NCBI GenBank assembly: GCA_963693055.1
Contig: OY843751.1
Coordinates: 3,392,001-3,456,000, forward strand
Direction of reading: 5' to 3'
DNA from: a bacterium
Lineage (GTDB): Bacteria > Zhuqueibacterota > Zhuqueibacteria > Residuimicrobiales > Krinioviventaceae
Length of the DNA stretch: 64,000 nt
In this document: piece after piece, positions 18,263-28,622 of the stretch
Layout of the letters: each line of letters opens with the position of its first letter
Numbering within the stretch: the first letter of the stretch is position 1
Program-made: the position numbers and the translations under genes
Notes under the pieces: generated by a model
What the model saw: the letters and a program-made list of their open reading frames with translations, nothing else
The model's database searches: none
What the model was told of the DNA's origin: nothing

Positions 18263-18988
18263 TCAGATAAATTTTTCACGTTTTTGCAGGTTTAACAAAC
18301 CCGCAAGCAGCATAAGGATAGTGGCGGATAAAATGTACAAGCGATTTTTCATTTTCAAATCCGCCCATATCACCTCACTTATCTCTTCAGGAATGTGAAA
18401 TGGATTTAAAAACAGATTCCATTCACTCTCTCTTAAAATTCCACTCAACACCCAAAATGCCATACCAAATGCAACCAAAATTACCATAGATCCAAATCCA
18501 TTTCTAACCCAAGTAGACAGCATAAATGCAAAACACCCAATAAAAAAGATGGGAAACATGAGTTGGTAAACCATGGTGAGAATATGAAACTCGCTGATTG
18601 CTACAAAGCTGAGCAATGACAGAAAAACAAGCAAAGCAAATACCAATACATATATAATTGTCATTCTAACCAGCCAGACTTTGTATCGGTAATCCGGAAT
18701 ACCAAAGAGAATTTCAATCATCCGGTTATCCATATCGTGCTGTATACCAAATGTAGTAGGGTAAAAAATGAGCAACAGTCCGGGGAACAGCAATAAATAG
18801 TAGACAGTTGCTGCATCAGGAACAGTATCGCTGTTGAAAAATATCAGCAAACCAATCAACAGATAAAACACAAAAGCAGCTAACAAGAAATAGATAAACA
18901 GATTGCCAAAAATGATCTTTAAATTGTATCGAACAATCTTGTTGATGAGCGAAAATGAATTCCGGATTTTTGCTTTATCTATAAACAT
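18263..18988 (-). CDS. ABC-2-type permease-like membrane protein (about 6 TM)
   Basis: Hydrophobic segments with a DMDNRMIEILFGIP coupling-helix-like segment; overlaps the stop of the upstream RND-ABC gene; start could be 19003. Confidence 0.65.
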   Translation of the reverse strand: MFIDKAKIRNSFSLINKIVRYNLKIIFGNLFIYFLLAAFVFYLLIGLLIFFNSDTVPDAATVYYLLLFPGLLLIFYPTTFGIQHDMDNRMIEILFGIPDYRYKVWLVRMTIIYVLVFALLVFLSLLSFVAISEFHILTMVYQLMFPIFFIGCFAFMLSTWVRNGFGSMVILVAFGMAFWVLSGILRESEWNLFLNPFHIPEEISEVIWADLKMKNRLYILSATILMLLAGLLNLQKREKFI

Positions 18989-21900
18989 TATCTTTTTTTC
19001 CATATTGCAATAACCATAAATACGCATCTTCCAGTGTGGGCTGTACTGTTACCGCATCATCTGCCGGTTTTTCGATTGATAAACAACGAATTCTTATCTT
19101 TTCATCTACCCGCATATGATGTATTACTGTATATTTCTCACTCGTCTCACTAAACTCTGTAGGATCAATATAAAACTGCCAGATATGATCTTTGGCAAGG
19201 GTAACCATATTCATGGGATCGCCAAGATAACGCAATTGTCCCCTGTTCATAACCGCAACTTTATTACAGGAACTGGCTATATCTTCAATAATGTGTGTGG
19301 AAAAGATGACAATTCTTTCTCTGGCCAATTCTACCAGCAAGTTTCTAAAACGTATACGTTCACGGGGATCCAAGCCGGCTGTGGGTTCATCAACAACAAG
19401 AATACGTGGCAGATGTAACAGCGTTTGTGCAATTCCCACACGTTGCTTCATACCACCGGAAAATGATTCTATTTTTTTGTGCTGATGTTCCAGCATATGA
19501 ACAGCTTTTAAAACATACTCGATGCGTTCAAGCCGATCTTTTTCATTTAACAGTCCTTTAAGAATTGACTGGTAATTCAAAAACTCGAATGCCGTCATAT
19601 TCTCGTACATGCCAAATTCCTGCGGCAAATATCCAATCAATCCCTGTAATTCTTCACGCTTTTCATTGATATTGTAATGGTTTATCCAAATACGTCCACG
19701 GGACTGGTCCAAAATTCCACAGATAATGCGCATCAGTGTGGTTTTACCGGCACCATTGGGCCCCAGCAAACCAAACATACCACTGCCAATCTCGAGCGAG
19801 ATTCCATCCAATGCCCGGAACGGATTCTTTTTACGACCTATTACCGGAATAAACTGGACCAATCGATAAAAATTCTTTCGGATTCCCTTAAACTTGCCCT
19901 GTATGCGAACAATATCAATTTTTTCACGATGCAAACGATTAGAAGTGGTATAAATCGCCAATGCCAGATACCACACAACGCCGATAAAAGCAACGATGGG
20001 TATATTGTCCCATTTCATATAAAAAATAAACAGATTAATACAGGGTATCATCCACATGCAGAATTTAAACAATTTATCTGTTTTTGAACTTTTCCAGCGT
20101 TCCAACATGGGCTTGAGCAAATAAACCACAAAGAAAAATACAATATGGGACATGACAAACATCCAGAAACCACTGCGCAGGTAAAAATAGGTAAAGTAGA
20201 TCAATCCACCTAACAGGGGCAGTTCCCATACCAGGGTTTCCAGATCATGACGGGTTTTATAGGATTTAAATATACCGTCTTTTTCCCGCATATGTTTACC
20301 CTTGTTCCACTCTCTTGAAAAACGGGAATAGTCGTCATATACTTTAACCAGATGACGAATTTTTATAGTTATCGTTTCATCAGCTCCTATCATTTCAGCG
20401 TTTGCACGACGCAAGCTTGTCAAGATAAACAATGTCATGGATGGGATGACAAATAACAGTAAAAATACATCAATGAACCGCCAGAGAATACTGCTAACCT
20501 GCACATATACCAGCCAAATTCCCAGTGCCAGTAATATCACCTGAATGAGTTTAATTTTTAATGACAAACCGTTGAACCATTCAATAGCAGTTTCAAGTCC
20601 AACATAGACCGTAGGGATAAATACCAGCGTAAATAAAGTACTGAGTGATAATCCGCCTATCACAGTTATGGCAAAAGGAGCTCCAATCTGAGATACGTAT
20701 TCTGCTTTACCCATAGCCAGAGGAAGCATTGCAATAATTGTTGTAATAGCAGTGATCAGAATGGGGCGTGTTCTGGCATGTCCGGCCATCATAATCGCTC
20801 GGGTACGTGAATAATTGTTTCTAATCAACCAACGGGTATAATCTATAAAAATAATACCATTATTCACCACAACTCCCAACAAAATAAGAAATCCTATTAA
20901 TGTGTTGGCATTGAGGATGGAATTACCGGTAAAGATCAGCGCCCATAGAGATCCGATAGCAGCAAGCGGAATGGTGAACATCATAACCAATGGAGTAGAA
21001 ACCGATTCAAATACAGAAGCAAGAATCATAAAAATCAAAATAAATGCGGCTCCAATCAAAAAGTAAAAATCGTCAAGGCCCAGATCTTCATGTATAATTT
21101 CTACGGCTATACCGGAAGGGAATTGTAAATTTGCTACTAGCTGATCAATCTCGTAACGTGCATCATCAAGATACTCTTTGGAATCCAATACATCATCAAT
21201 AAACCGGTAATTGACTTGTATTAATTTTTCCTGATTTACTCTGTTAATGCCGGCAAGTCCTTCGGAATAGATAATCTGGCTGAGGTTCTGCAATTCATAA
21301 TTTCCACCGGATGAAGACGGAACCTGCAATTCCTGTAAATCCTGAAATTTCTTTTCTTCCGTATTATCACTACGGATTACAATATCATATTCTTCATCAT
21401 CAGTCTTGAAATTAACATTGGCGGAAAACTCTTCCTGAAACGCAGACAATTCACTGGACACAGAAGACAAGGGAACATTGTACATGCTGAGAATATTTTT
21501 ATCCAGCATTAAATGTATTTCGGGACGATTGTCAGAAACATTGACATTCGCATTATTAATGGATGTCAAATCTTCGAGATAGGTAACCAGATCATCAGCA
21601 ACATTACGCATGATCTGAAAATCCGTACCCTTGATTTCAATACGCTCTTCTTCCCCACCTATTCCCAGCATTCTCTCAAATGAAGCACCAGGATTACGAG
21701 AACCACCGCCTCCACGGAATCGACTGCTGGACGACGGTTCGGAAAAACTGATTTCAGATACCGGCAGCCGCATCCGGTCTATACCTTCTTCAATATTATC
21801 TTTGATCTGCGGAATGGTTCGTTTATTGATGTCATAATAATCATCTTTAAGGATGATTGTAAGTATGGCCTCTTCTTCATAAATTTTAGAGATCACATCC

Positions 21901-23678
21901 TGTTTTTCTTCCAGACTTTCAAGCTGACTTTCAACTTTGGCAACAAGCTGATCAGTATTCTCAAGTGTTGAGCCACTGGGCATGGTTACATACAGATTGA
22001 TCTCTGTGGTTTCAGCCTCACTTCCTACGTTGATACTGACAGCCAAAGCAATCAATAAAGTTACAAAAAACGCTACTACCGTCAAAACGATAGTTCGAGC
22101 AGGATACCGTAAACAGGATTTCAGCAAAACATTATAGATTTGAAACAATCGGTTTTTCATGGAAATCTGCACAAAATGGGTAATCTTGGTCATCCCCGAA
22201 TGCTTTAAAATAAAATGAATTGCCATGGGAATCAATAACAAGGCTACTACCAGAGAAACACCCAAAGTCGAAATAATAGAAACGCCTACATGTCTGCCAA
22301 GTAATTTCACAAAAACGTTGGAAGCAAAAATAAAGGGCAAAAAAACAGTAATGGTTGTCAGTGTTGCAGCAAATATGGAACGCCAAACCTGGGTTGTTCC
22401 ATTCAGTACCGCATAATCCGGATCTTTACGATTGGCATATAATCGATATATATTCTCCAGCACCACCACCGCATTGTCAAGCAGCATTCCTATGGCAAGG
22501 GCCATCCCTACCAGTGTCAGGCTGTTTATGCTGACATCAAAGGCATAAAAAAGATTAAACGCGGTAATAATAGAGATGGGGATTGCCAGGGCGATAATTA
22601 CAACCATGCGCATGTTTCTTAAAAATATCCACAAAACCAAAACAGCCATTAAACCACCGGTTAGAGCAAGTTCCTTGATCAGGTTAATATTGGTTTCAAC
22701 TGTTTCGGCAGAATCCGTTTGAATGATAACCTCAACATCATCATTCTTTAATTCGTGGTTTAATCGGTCAATAACTTTGCGTGTATTGTGAGACAACTCG
22801 ATGAGATTTACCTGAGTATCACGCACCAGCTGCAAAGTAATTGCATCTTTACCATTTACCCTGCTGATGGTCTCTTGCTGCTTTAAACCAAAATAAACAT
22901 CTGCAACATCTTTGAGGTAAACCGGACCCTCTACATCAACAATGATATTTTCAATTTGAGAAACATCCGTATAATCTGCAGTAATATTTACAAAATAATG
23001 TAAATCATTCTGATAAACATGTCCCGCAAAACTTTTGTATTGATTGTTTCTTGCAATCAATTGACGAATTGTTGCTGTTGTAATACCATAGGCCTTGCTG
23101 GCCTCTTCGCTTACAATCACTTCAATGGATTGCTGCTGCCCCCCCAGCGTTTCCACACTTGCCATACCGTCAATATTTGCAAGCTCGTCGGTAATCTTTT
23201 GATCAATGACTGCGCGTATCCGCTCAAGTCCGCCACTCCCCCGAACCTGCAATGTCATAAACATGTTTGCCAATTGTTCGGTATCAATCTTCATGACATT
23301 GATCATAAACTCGTCTTCAAGTTCGACTTTTAAAGCGGTAAGACGCTCTTCAAGACGGAGGTACGCGTACTTTATATTAACACTGGGATTAAAGTAAATA
23401 AATACCGTACTGCGACCACGATCAGCAAATGATTCTATTTTGTCAATCCCTTCAAGAGTACTGACTACACCCTCAACCGGGATAATGGCTTTTTTCTCAA
23501 TATATTCCGGGTCCGTATCCTGTGCACCGGCAATGGATACAATTAAATATGGCATTTCTGTGTTGGGCAGCAATTCCACAGGAAGCTGATAGTATGAAAC
23601 CAGTCCCAAAAGACACAGTCCCACGAATAGCATTGAGATAAAAACTTTACGATTAATAATAAAACGTACGATTTCCAT
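18975..23678 (-). CDS. AcrB-type RND permease fused to an ABC ATPase domain
   Basis: First ~1030 aa are RND (GMLLDNAVVVLENI, RTRPILIT); extra TMs follow; then GPNGAGKT, FSGGMKQR, VVDEPTAGLD and STH motifs, all in one uninterrupted ORF. Confidence 0.9.
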   Translation of the reverse strand: MEIVRFIINRKVFISMLFVGLCLLGLVSYYQLPVELLPNTEMPYLIVSIAGAQDTDPEYIEKKAIIPVEGVVSTLEGIDKIESFADRGRSTVFIYFNPSVNIKYAYLRLEERLTALKVELEDEFMINVMKIDTEQLANMFMTLQVRGSGGLERIRAVIDQKITDELANIDGMASVETLGGQQQSIEVIVSEEASKAYGITTATIRQLIARNNQYKSFAGHVYQNDLHYFVNITADYTDVSQIENIIVDVEGPVYLKDVADVYFGLKQQETISRVNGKDAITLQLVRDTQVNLIELSHNTRKVIDRLNHELKNDDVEVIIQTDSAETVETNINLIKELALTGGLMAVLVLWIFLRNMRMVVIIALAIPISIITAFNLFYAFDVSINSLTLVGMALAIGMLLDNAVVVLENIYRLYANRKDPDYAVLNGTTQVWRSIFAATLTTITVFLPFIFASNVFVKLLGRHVGVSIISTLGVSLVVALLLIPMAIHFILKHSGMTKITHFVQISMKNRLFQIYNVLLKSCLRYPARTIVLTVVAFFVTLLIALAVSINVGSEAETTEINLYVTMPSGSTLENTDQLVAKVESQLESLEEKQDVISKIYEEEAILTIILKDDYYDINKRTIPQIKDNIEEGIDRMRLPVSEISFSEPSSSSRFRGGGGSRNPGASFERMLGIGGEEERIEIKGTDFQIMRNVADDLVTYLEDLTSINNANVNVSDNRPEIHLMLDKNILSMYNVPLSSVSSELSAFQEEFSANVNFKTDDEEYDIVIRSDNTEEKKFQDLQELQVPSSSGGNYELQNLSQIIYSEGLAGINRVNQEKLIQVNYRFIDDVLDSKEYLDDARYEIDQLVANLQFPSGIAVEIIHEDLGLDDFYFLIGAAFILIFMILASVFESVSTPLVMMFTIPLAAIGSLWALIFTGNSILNANTLIGFLILLGVVVNNGIIFIDYTRWLIRNNYSRTRAIMMAGHARTRPILITAITTIIAMLPLAMGKAEYVSQIGAPFAITVIGGLSLSTLFTLVFIPTVYVGLETAIEWFNGLSLKIKLIQVILLALGIWLVYVQVSSILWRFIDVFLLLFVIPSMTLFILTSLRRANAEMIGADETITIKIRHLVKVYDDYSRFSREWNKGKHMREKDGIFKSYKTRHDLETLVWELPLLGGLIYFTYFYLRSGFWMFVMSHIVFFFVVYLLKPMLERWKSSKTDKLFKFCMWMIPCINLFIFYMKWDNIPIVAFIGVVWYLALAIYTTSNRLHREKIDIVRIQGKFKGIRKNFYRLVQFIPVIGRKKNPFRALDGISLEIGSGMFGLLGPNGAGKTTLMRIICGILDQSRGRIWINHYNINEKREELQGLIGYLPQEFGMYENMTAFEFLNYQSILKGLLNEKDRLERIEYVLKAVHMLEHQHKKIESFSGGMKQRVGIAQTLLHLPRILVVDEPTAGLDPRERIRFRNLLVELARERIVIFSTHIIEDIASSCNKVAVMNRGQLRYLGDPMNMVTLAKDHIWQFYIDPTEFSETSEKYTVIHHMRVDEKIRIRCLSIEKPADDAVTVQPTLEDAYLWLLQYGKKDNVYR

Positions 23679-23690
23679 AATTCAGTACCG

Positions 23691-26600
23691 TTAATCCGGA
23701 TATGTGGGATTGATTAACCGATCTATTTTCAGATAAACACATGGAATCACGATCAGGGTCAACAGTGTTGAACTCACCAAACCGCCAATCACTGCAAGGG
23801 CCAATGGAGATCGCAGCGAAGCGCCTTCGCCTATGCCCAACGTCAACGGCAATAAAGCCAGAATTGTCGTCAAACTGGTCATAATAATAGGACGGATACG
23901 TCGTTGTCCCGCCGCCAGTATAGCTTCTCTGCGAGGTTTTCCCTCTTGTTTGACCTGGTTTATGGCATCAACGAGAATAATAGAGTCATTCACCGCTATA
24001 CCTGCAAGCATAATCATACCAATAAATGCCATAACATTAAAAGATTGTCCCATAATCAGGAACAATAAAACAGAACCAACACCTGCAAGTGGTATTGTCA
24101 ACAAAATGGTAAAAGGATGAACCAGAGATTCAAATTGAGATGCCATTACCATATATACCAGAATGATAGATAATAATAATGCAAATTTCAAATTACCAAA
24201 AGCCTCACGGCGCATCAACTCTTCACCAGCGACCTCGTATCTGTATTCCGGAGGCAGTTCGAGCTGATCCATTTCATCCAGTATTTGAGATACAATAGCA
24301 TTCAAGGGTTTATCACTCTGGATTTGTGCAGATAATTTGCCAATTCGTACCTGATTACGACGATATATTTCATTCAATGTCTGACTGGTTTCAATTTCAG
24401 CTAACTGGTCAAGTCTATACACCTCGTCACCGGAACGAATTTCAAGCCCGGGAAGCTCGCTCAACGAGACATCCGGCACTTTGACAAGTATATCCTGACT
24501 TTCGCCTTCGTTCTGCCAGTCTCCCGCCTCACGACCGGAAAGATGGTCTTCAATCTGCTGGGTAATGGTTTCGATATTGATACCCAACAAACCCGAGCGA
24601 ACACGATCGACATGGACTTGGACTTCAGGACGTCCTTCATCAAAATTGGTAGTCATGTTTACCAGATCACTGATATTTTCCAAACGCTGTTTTGCCTGTT
24701 CAGTTAAAGTTTGGATGGTTTCCAAATCTTGTCCCTGGATCTCTACAACAATGGGTGAACTTTTAGTTCCAAGGATATTTTGCAATTCGGATTGCTCTTG
24801 AACAATGTCAAATTCAAAATCAGCAATCTGATGTAATGCTGTTGAAAGCCTTGAAACGATTTGTTTTCCGGTTCCTTTATGGTCAGGAACCAATTTAAAT
24901 AAAATGGATGCCGTATTTTCATCCTGATACTCGGTCTCTTCAAGGCCCGTCAGGCTGGTAGTGGGGCCAATAAGACTGTACAGAATTTCTATTTCATCAC
25001 CCAAAATATTTTGCACAATGGTTTCGATATTCTTTACTGTACCTTCGGTGCGATTGATCTCGGTTCCTTCCGCAAGGCGAATATTGATTGTAAAATCATT
25101 AGATTCGGTTTTGGGGATAAATTCACTGCCAACAACCGGAAGCAGAAAATATGTTCCAATAACCAGTATAACCGCAATTAATATAATTCTTCCGGAATTG
25201 TTTAATACCTTGGCCAGAAAACGGGGATACCCCGGAAATCCAACTGATGTCATTTTTTTGGATTTTTCATGCTTTAGCAACCATACACTTAGCATGGGTA
25301 TTACAAGAATTGCAACAAATAAAGACGATATCAAGGAAAACGCAACCGTCCAGGCCTGATCTTTGAACAACTCACCGGCAGAACCATGCAGATAGACGAT
25401 AGGTAAAAACACGACTATGGTTGTAAGGGTCGAAGCGGTAATTGCGCCGCCAACAGTAGCAGTGCCCTTGATGGCTGCCTCTTTGAGTGGTAAACCTTCT
25501 TCCAGGTATCGGTAAATATTTTCAACAACAATAATGGCATTGTCTACCAGCATACCGGCACCCAGAGCAAGACCTCCCAATGTCATAATATTGAGTGTTA
25601 ATCCTTTAAAATATAGCAAATTAAAAGTTGCCACAATAGATATTGGGATTGCTATACTGATAATGGATGTCACACCAATTCTTTTTAAAAACACAAACAA
25701 AACCAGTACTGCAAGCAGCACACCAATGAGTGCGGTTTGTTTGACTTCATTTACTGAGGAGATAATAAAGTCACCCTGATTTCGTATCAACTGGAATTCA
25801 TATCCGGGTAATGCGGCGTTTAATTCATCAAGCTCGTCTAGCAACCGTTCAACAGCTTTGACCGTATTGAACCGGGTTTCTTTATAAATTGCCAGAGCCA
25901 TACAGCGTTGACCGTTAACATGTACAATATTGTCCGGTTCATGGTTTATAAACTTGACCTCGGCAACATCTTTGAGAAAAACGGGAATCCGGTTTGCAAT
26001 ACTTGCATCTGAACCCGTGGTGGTAACGGTAGAAGCGGCTTCCTGTTTATAAGTCACAATTACATTTTCAATATCTTCAATGGTTTTAAACTCGCCTACA
26101 CCTTTTATAATATATTTTCGTCCCATTTCCTGAATAGAACCGCCAGACATGTTTAAATTATAGCTGGCCAGTTGCTGTGCAATCAAATCCGTTGTAATTC
26201 CAAAAGCTTCCAGCAAATAAGAATTGGTCTCAACGACAACCTCCTGAACCTCCTGACCTAACAATTCTACTTCGGCTATACCTTCAAGGCGAACCAGCTC
26301 ATTACGTATATAATTTTCAGCAACCTGACGCAATTCATCCATATCAGTAATTTCAGGATGGCTGAATCCCAACAGCATAACCGGAGCGGCGTTGGGATCG
26401 TAACGGGATATGGTCAACTCGTCAATGTCCGAGTTTTGCTCAAAACTGGTAAGAGCTTTTTGCAGATCCAGGAATGTTTCATCCATATCCGCATCCCAGG
26501 TGTATTCTACAGTAATCTCGGCAGTTCCTACACGTGAAATAGAAGAAACCTGTACTGCGTGACGCTGACGAATAGCTATGGATTCTATATTTTCCACAAA

Positions 26601-26789
26601 TTGCTTTTCTATCTCGTCAGGTGGACGTTCACCAGCTTTTAATTCAATAAAAATCTTGGGACTGTTTAAATCAGGGAACAGATCCATACCCAATTTTTTA
26701 AAAGAAATGAAACCCAGTAACAAAAATGCCAACACAAGCATTAAAATTGAAACGGGATATTGTACCGAAAATTTTGCCAGTTTTTCCAT
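23691..26789 (-). CDS. AcrB/AcrD/AcrF family RND permease
   Basis: GMLVDNAIIVVENI, RRIRPIIMT, AVIGGLVSSTLLTL; 1032 aa. Confidence 0.92.
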   Translation of the reverse strand: MEKLAKFSVQYPVSILMLVLAFLLLGFISFKKLGMDLFPDLNSPKIFIELKAGERPPDEIEKQFVENIESIAIRQRHAVQVSSISRVGTAEITVEYTWDADMDETFLDLQKALTSFEQNSDIDELTISRYDPNAAPVMLLGFSHPEITDMDELRQVAENYIRNELVRLEGIAEVELLGQEVQEVVVETNSYLLEAFGITTDLIAQQLASYNLNMSGGSIQEMGRKYIIKGVGEFKTIEDIENVIVTYKQEAASTVTTTGSDASIANRIPVFLKDVAEVKFINHEPDNIVHVNGQRCMALAIYKETRFNTVKAVERLLDELDELNAALPGYEFQLIRNQGDFIISSVNEVKQTALIGVLLAVLVLFVFLKRIGVTSIISIAIPISIVATFNLLYFKGLTLNIMTLGGLALGAGMLVDNAIIVVENIYRYLEEGLPLKEAAIKGTATVGGAITASTLTTIVVFLPIVYLHGSAGELFKDQAWTVAFSLISSLFVAILVIPMLSVWLLKHEKSKKMTSVGFPGYPRFLAKVLNNSGRIILIAVILVIGTYFLLPVVGSEFIPKTESNDFTINIRLAEGTEINRTEGTVKNIETIVQNILGDEIEILYSLIGPTTSLTGLEETEYQDENTASILFKLVPDHKGTGKQIVSRLSTALHQIADFEFDIVQEQSELQNILGTKSSPIVVEIQGQDLETIQTLTEQAKQRLENISDLVNMTTNFDEGRPEVQVHVDRVRSGLLGINIETITQQIEDHLSGREAGDWQNEGESQDILVKVPDVSLSELPGLEIRSGDEVYRLDQLAEIETSQTLNEIYRRNQVRIGKLSAQIQSDKPLNAIVSQILDEMDQLELPPEYRYEVAGEELMRREAFGNLKFALLLSIILVYMVMASQFESLVHPFTILLTIPLAGVGSVLLFLIMGQSFNVMAFIGMIMLAGIAVNDSIILVDAINQVKQEGKPRREAILAAGQRRIRPIIMTSLTTILALLPLTLGIGEGASLRSPLALAVIGGLVSSTLLTLIVIPCVYLKIDRLINPTYPD

Positions 26790-26798
26790 AATAAACCG

Positions 26799-27854
26799 CT
26801 ATCGTATTATTTTAACTTTGGAGTGATCACGCAATGTTTCATAACCTTTAATAATTATGCGATCATTTTCTTTCAGGCCTTCAAGCACTTGAACCTGGAA
26901 TGGATTTTCAATACCTGTTACAATCCGTCTGTCTTCTGCTGCTCCTTTTTCAACCACAAAAACCCGTTTTGAATCTCCCCGTGCTAAAATGATCTCTTTG
27001 GGAACAACCAACGCGCTGTCTTCACTGGCAACAATAATTTCAGACTTTACAAACATGCCCGGTCTGAATAATAACTTGGCATTATCTACTTCTACAGCAA
27101 CTTTGAAAGAACGGCTATCAGGATCCAGGGCCGGTGCAACCTGGGTAACATTGCCGTTCAGGGTATCATATTTAACCATATAATTCATAATACGCACAGG
27201 CTGTTCTTTATCAACTCGGCCTAATTCTTTACCGGGCAAAGAAAGCTCAAGATACAGTTTTCGATAGTCCATCAATTCAACGATTAACACACCCGTTTCA
27301 ACGCGTGTACCTGATGTAAAATAGGGTAAATCAACAATAACACCATCAAAAAGTGCAATAACTTTAGTTTTGGCAAGCTGTAATACAGCATTTTCATAAC
27401 TGTATTTGGCATCGATATAAGAAATTTCTGCATTTTTCAATTCTCGAAAAGTGACCCCTCCCTTTTCGTACAAGGATTGCTGTTTGGTATACTCGCTTTC
27501 AGACACTTCAAGGTTGAGCTTTTGTGACTCGAACGCGATGGAATTTTCAAGTTCAGGATTGTCCAGGAATACGATCACCTGGTCTTTTTTCACCTGATCG
27601 CCCATCTGAAACGGTTTTCCTGTCATCGGATTGTTAGCAATACGATAATATCCATTGGTTTCAGAATTCAGTTCAACAACCTTTGTTGCATAGACCGTTC
27701 CGGTTGCAGAAATATATTCCTGAATGGGCTGAGGCTTTAATTCTTCCACTGAAACCGGAACCGCAATCTGCATATCCATTCCGGCATCCTGGCGACTACA
27801 TGCCGAAAACATTACAAGAAAAGCAGCGAACAAAATGATTAAAAACTTTTTCAT
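26799..27854 (-). CDS. RND periplasmic adaptor (MFP), lipoprotein
   Basis: Lipobox FSAC; biotinyl-like/hairpin segment ALFDGVI, FRPGMFV, VLEGLKENDRII. Confidence 0.9.
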   Translation of the reverse strand: MKKFLIILFAAFLVMFSACSRQDAGMDMQIAVPVSVEELKPQPIQEYISATGTVYATKVVELNSETNGYYRIANNPMTGKPFQMGDQVKKDQVIVFLDNPELENSIAFESQKLNLEVSESEYTKQQSLYEKGGVTFRELKNAEISYIDAKYSYENAVLQLAKTKVIALFDGVIVDLPYFTSGTRVETGVLIVELMDYRKLYLELSLPGKELGRVDKEQPVRIMNYMVKYDTLNGNVTQVAPALDPDSRSFKVAVEVDNAKLLFRPGMFVKSEIIVASEDSALVVPKEIILARGDSKRVFVVEKGAAEDRRIVTGIENPFQVQVLEGLKENDRIIIKGYETLRDHSKVKIIR

Positions 27855-27874
27855 AAGATAATTCCTTGACACGT

Positions 27875-28216
27875 TTATTGTTTTTCCCTGCCGCGATACA
27901 ACTTGATTTCAACCTTTTCAAGTGTCACGAGTCCCTCTTTGATCACATCCTTAATGTGGGGCCAAAACGATTCTATTTTTTCTATTGTATCAACTATTTC
28001 AATTATAATAGGTAAATCTTCAGACAAGCGTAATATTTTTGATGTATGTAATTTACTGGTTGGACCAAATCCTTCAATACCGCGTATAACTGTAGCTCCT
28101 GCCAGCCCTTGTTCTCTGGCCTTACGTACTATCCATTCATACAAAGGTTTGTGCTCGTATTTATCACTTTCTCCAATAAAAATGCGTAACAGGTGTCCCT
28201 GTTCTTCGAGCTTCAT
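27875..28216 (-). CDS. DUF190 (PII-like fold) protein
   Basis: LLRIFIGESDKY, GLAGATVIRGIEGFG, LSEDLPIIIEIVD. Confidence 0.88.
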   Translation of the reverse strand: MKLEEQGHLLRIFIGESDKYEHKPLYEWIVRKAREQGLAGATVIRGIEGFGPTSKLHTSKILRLSEDLPIIIEIVDTIEKIESFWPHIKDVIKEGLVTLEKVEIKLYRGREKQ

Positions 28217-28226
28217 ACTGTTCTCC

Positions 28227-28604
28227 TTAAATCAAACGGGAGACAAAATCTCCCAGATAAACAGCGGATAATCCCAATACAATATGCACAACCACATTCA
28301 GTACAGCAGGTGCTATCTGTCCATCGCGAATAAAACTGAATGATTCATATCCAAAAGTGGAAAATGTTGTAAAACTTCCCAAAACGCCAACAAAAAGAAT
28401 CAACCGGGTTTCGGTATGAAACACGCCATGTGCTTCACCAATACCATTTAACAAACCAATTATAAAACAACCCAAAATATTTACAGTCATGGTACCATAA
28501 GGAAAGTATGCTTTGTCTAATATCTGGTGAACCAGACCTCCTACCGCATATCGTAATATTGCACCTACAAACCCACCTATACCTACAAGTAATGCTTTGA
28601 ACAA
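28227..28604 (-). CDS. crcB: Fluoride channel Fluc/CrcB
   Basis: GGFVGAILRY, PYGTMTVNILG, GSFTTFSTF; TTG start. Confidence 0.93.
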   Translation of the reverse strand: MFKALLVGIGGFVGAILRYAVGGLVHQILDKAYFPYGTMTVNILGCFIIGLLNGIGEAHGVFHTETRLILFVGVLGSFTTFSTFGYESFSFIRDGQIAPAVLNVVVHIVLGLSAVYLGDFVSRLI

Positions 28605-28622
28605 ATCATACTCCTGTTATTG

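Noticed and set aside
28605-28622. Fluoride riboswitch upstream of crcB
   Set aside because: Only 18 nt of intergenic space and no recognisable motif
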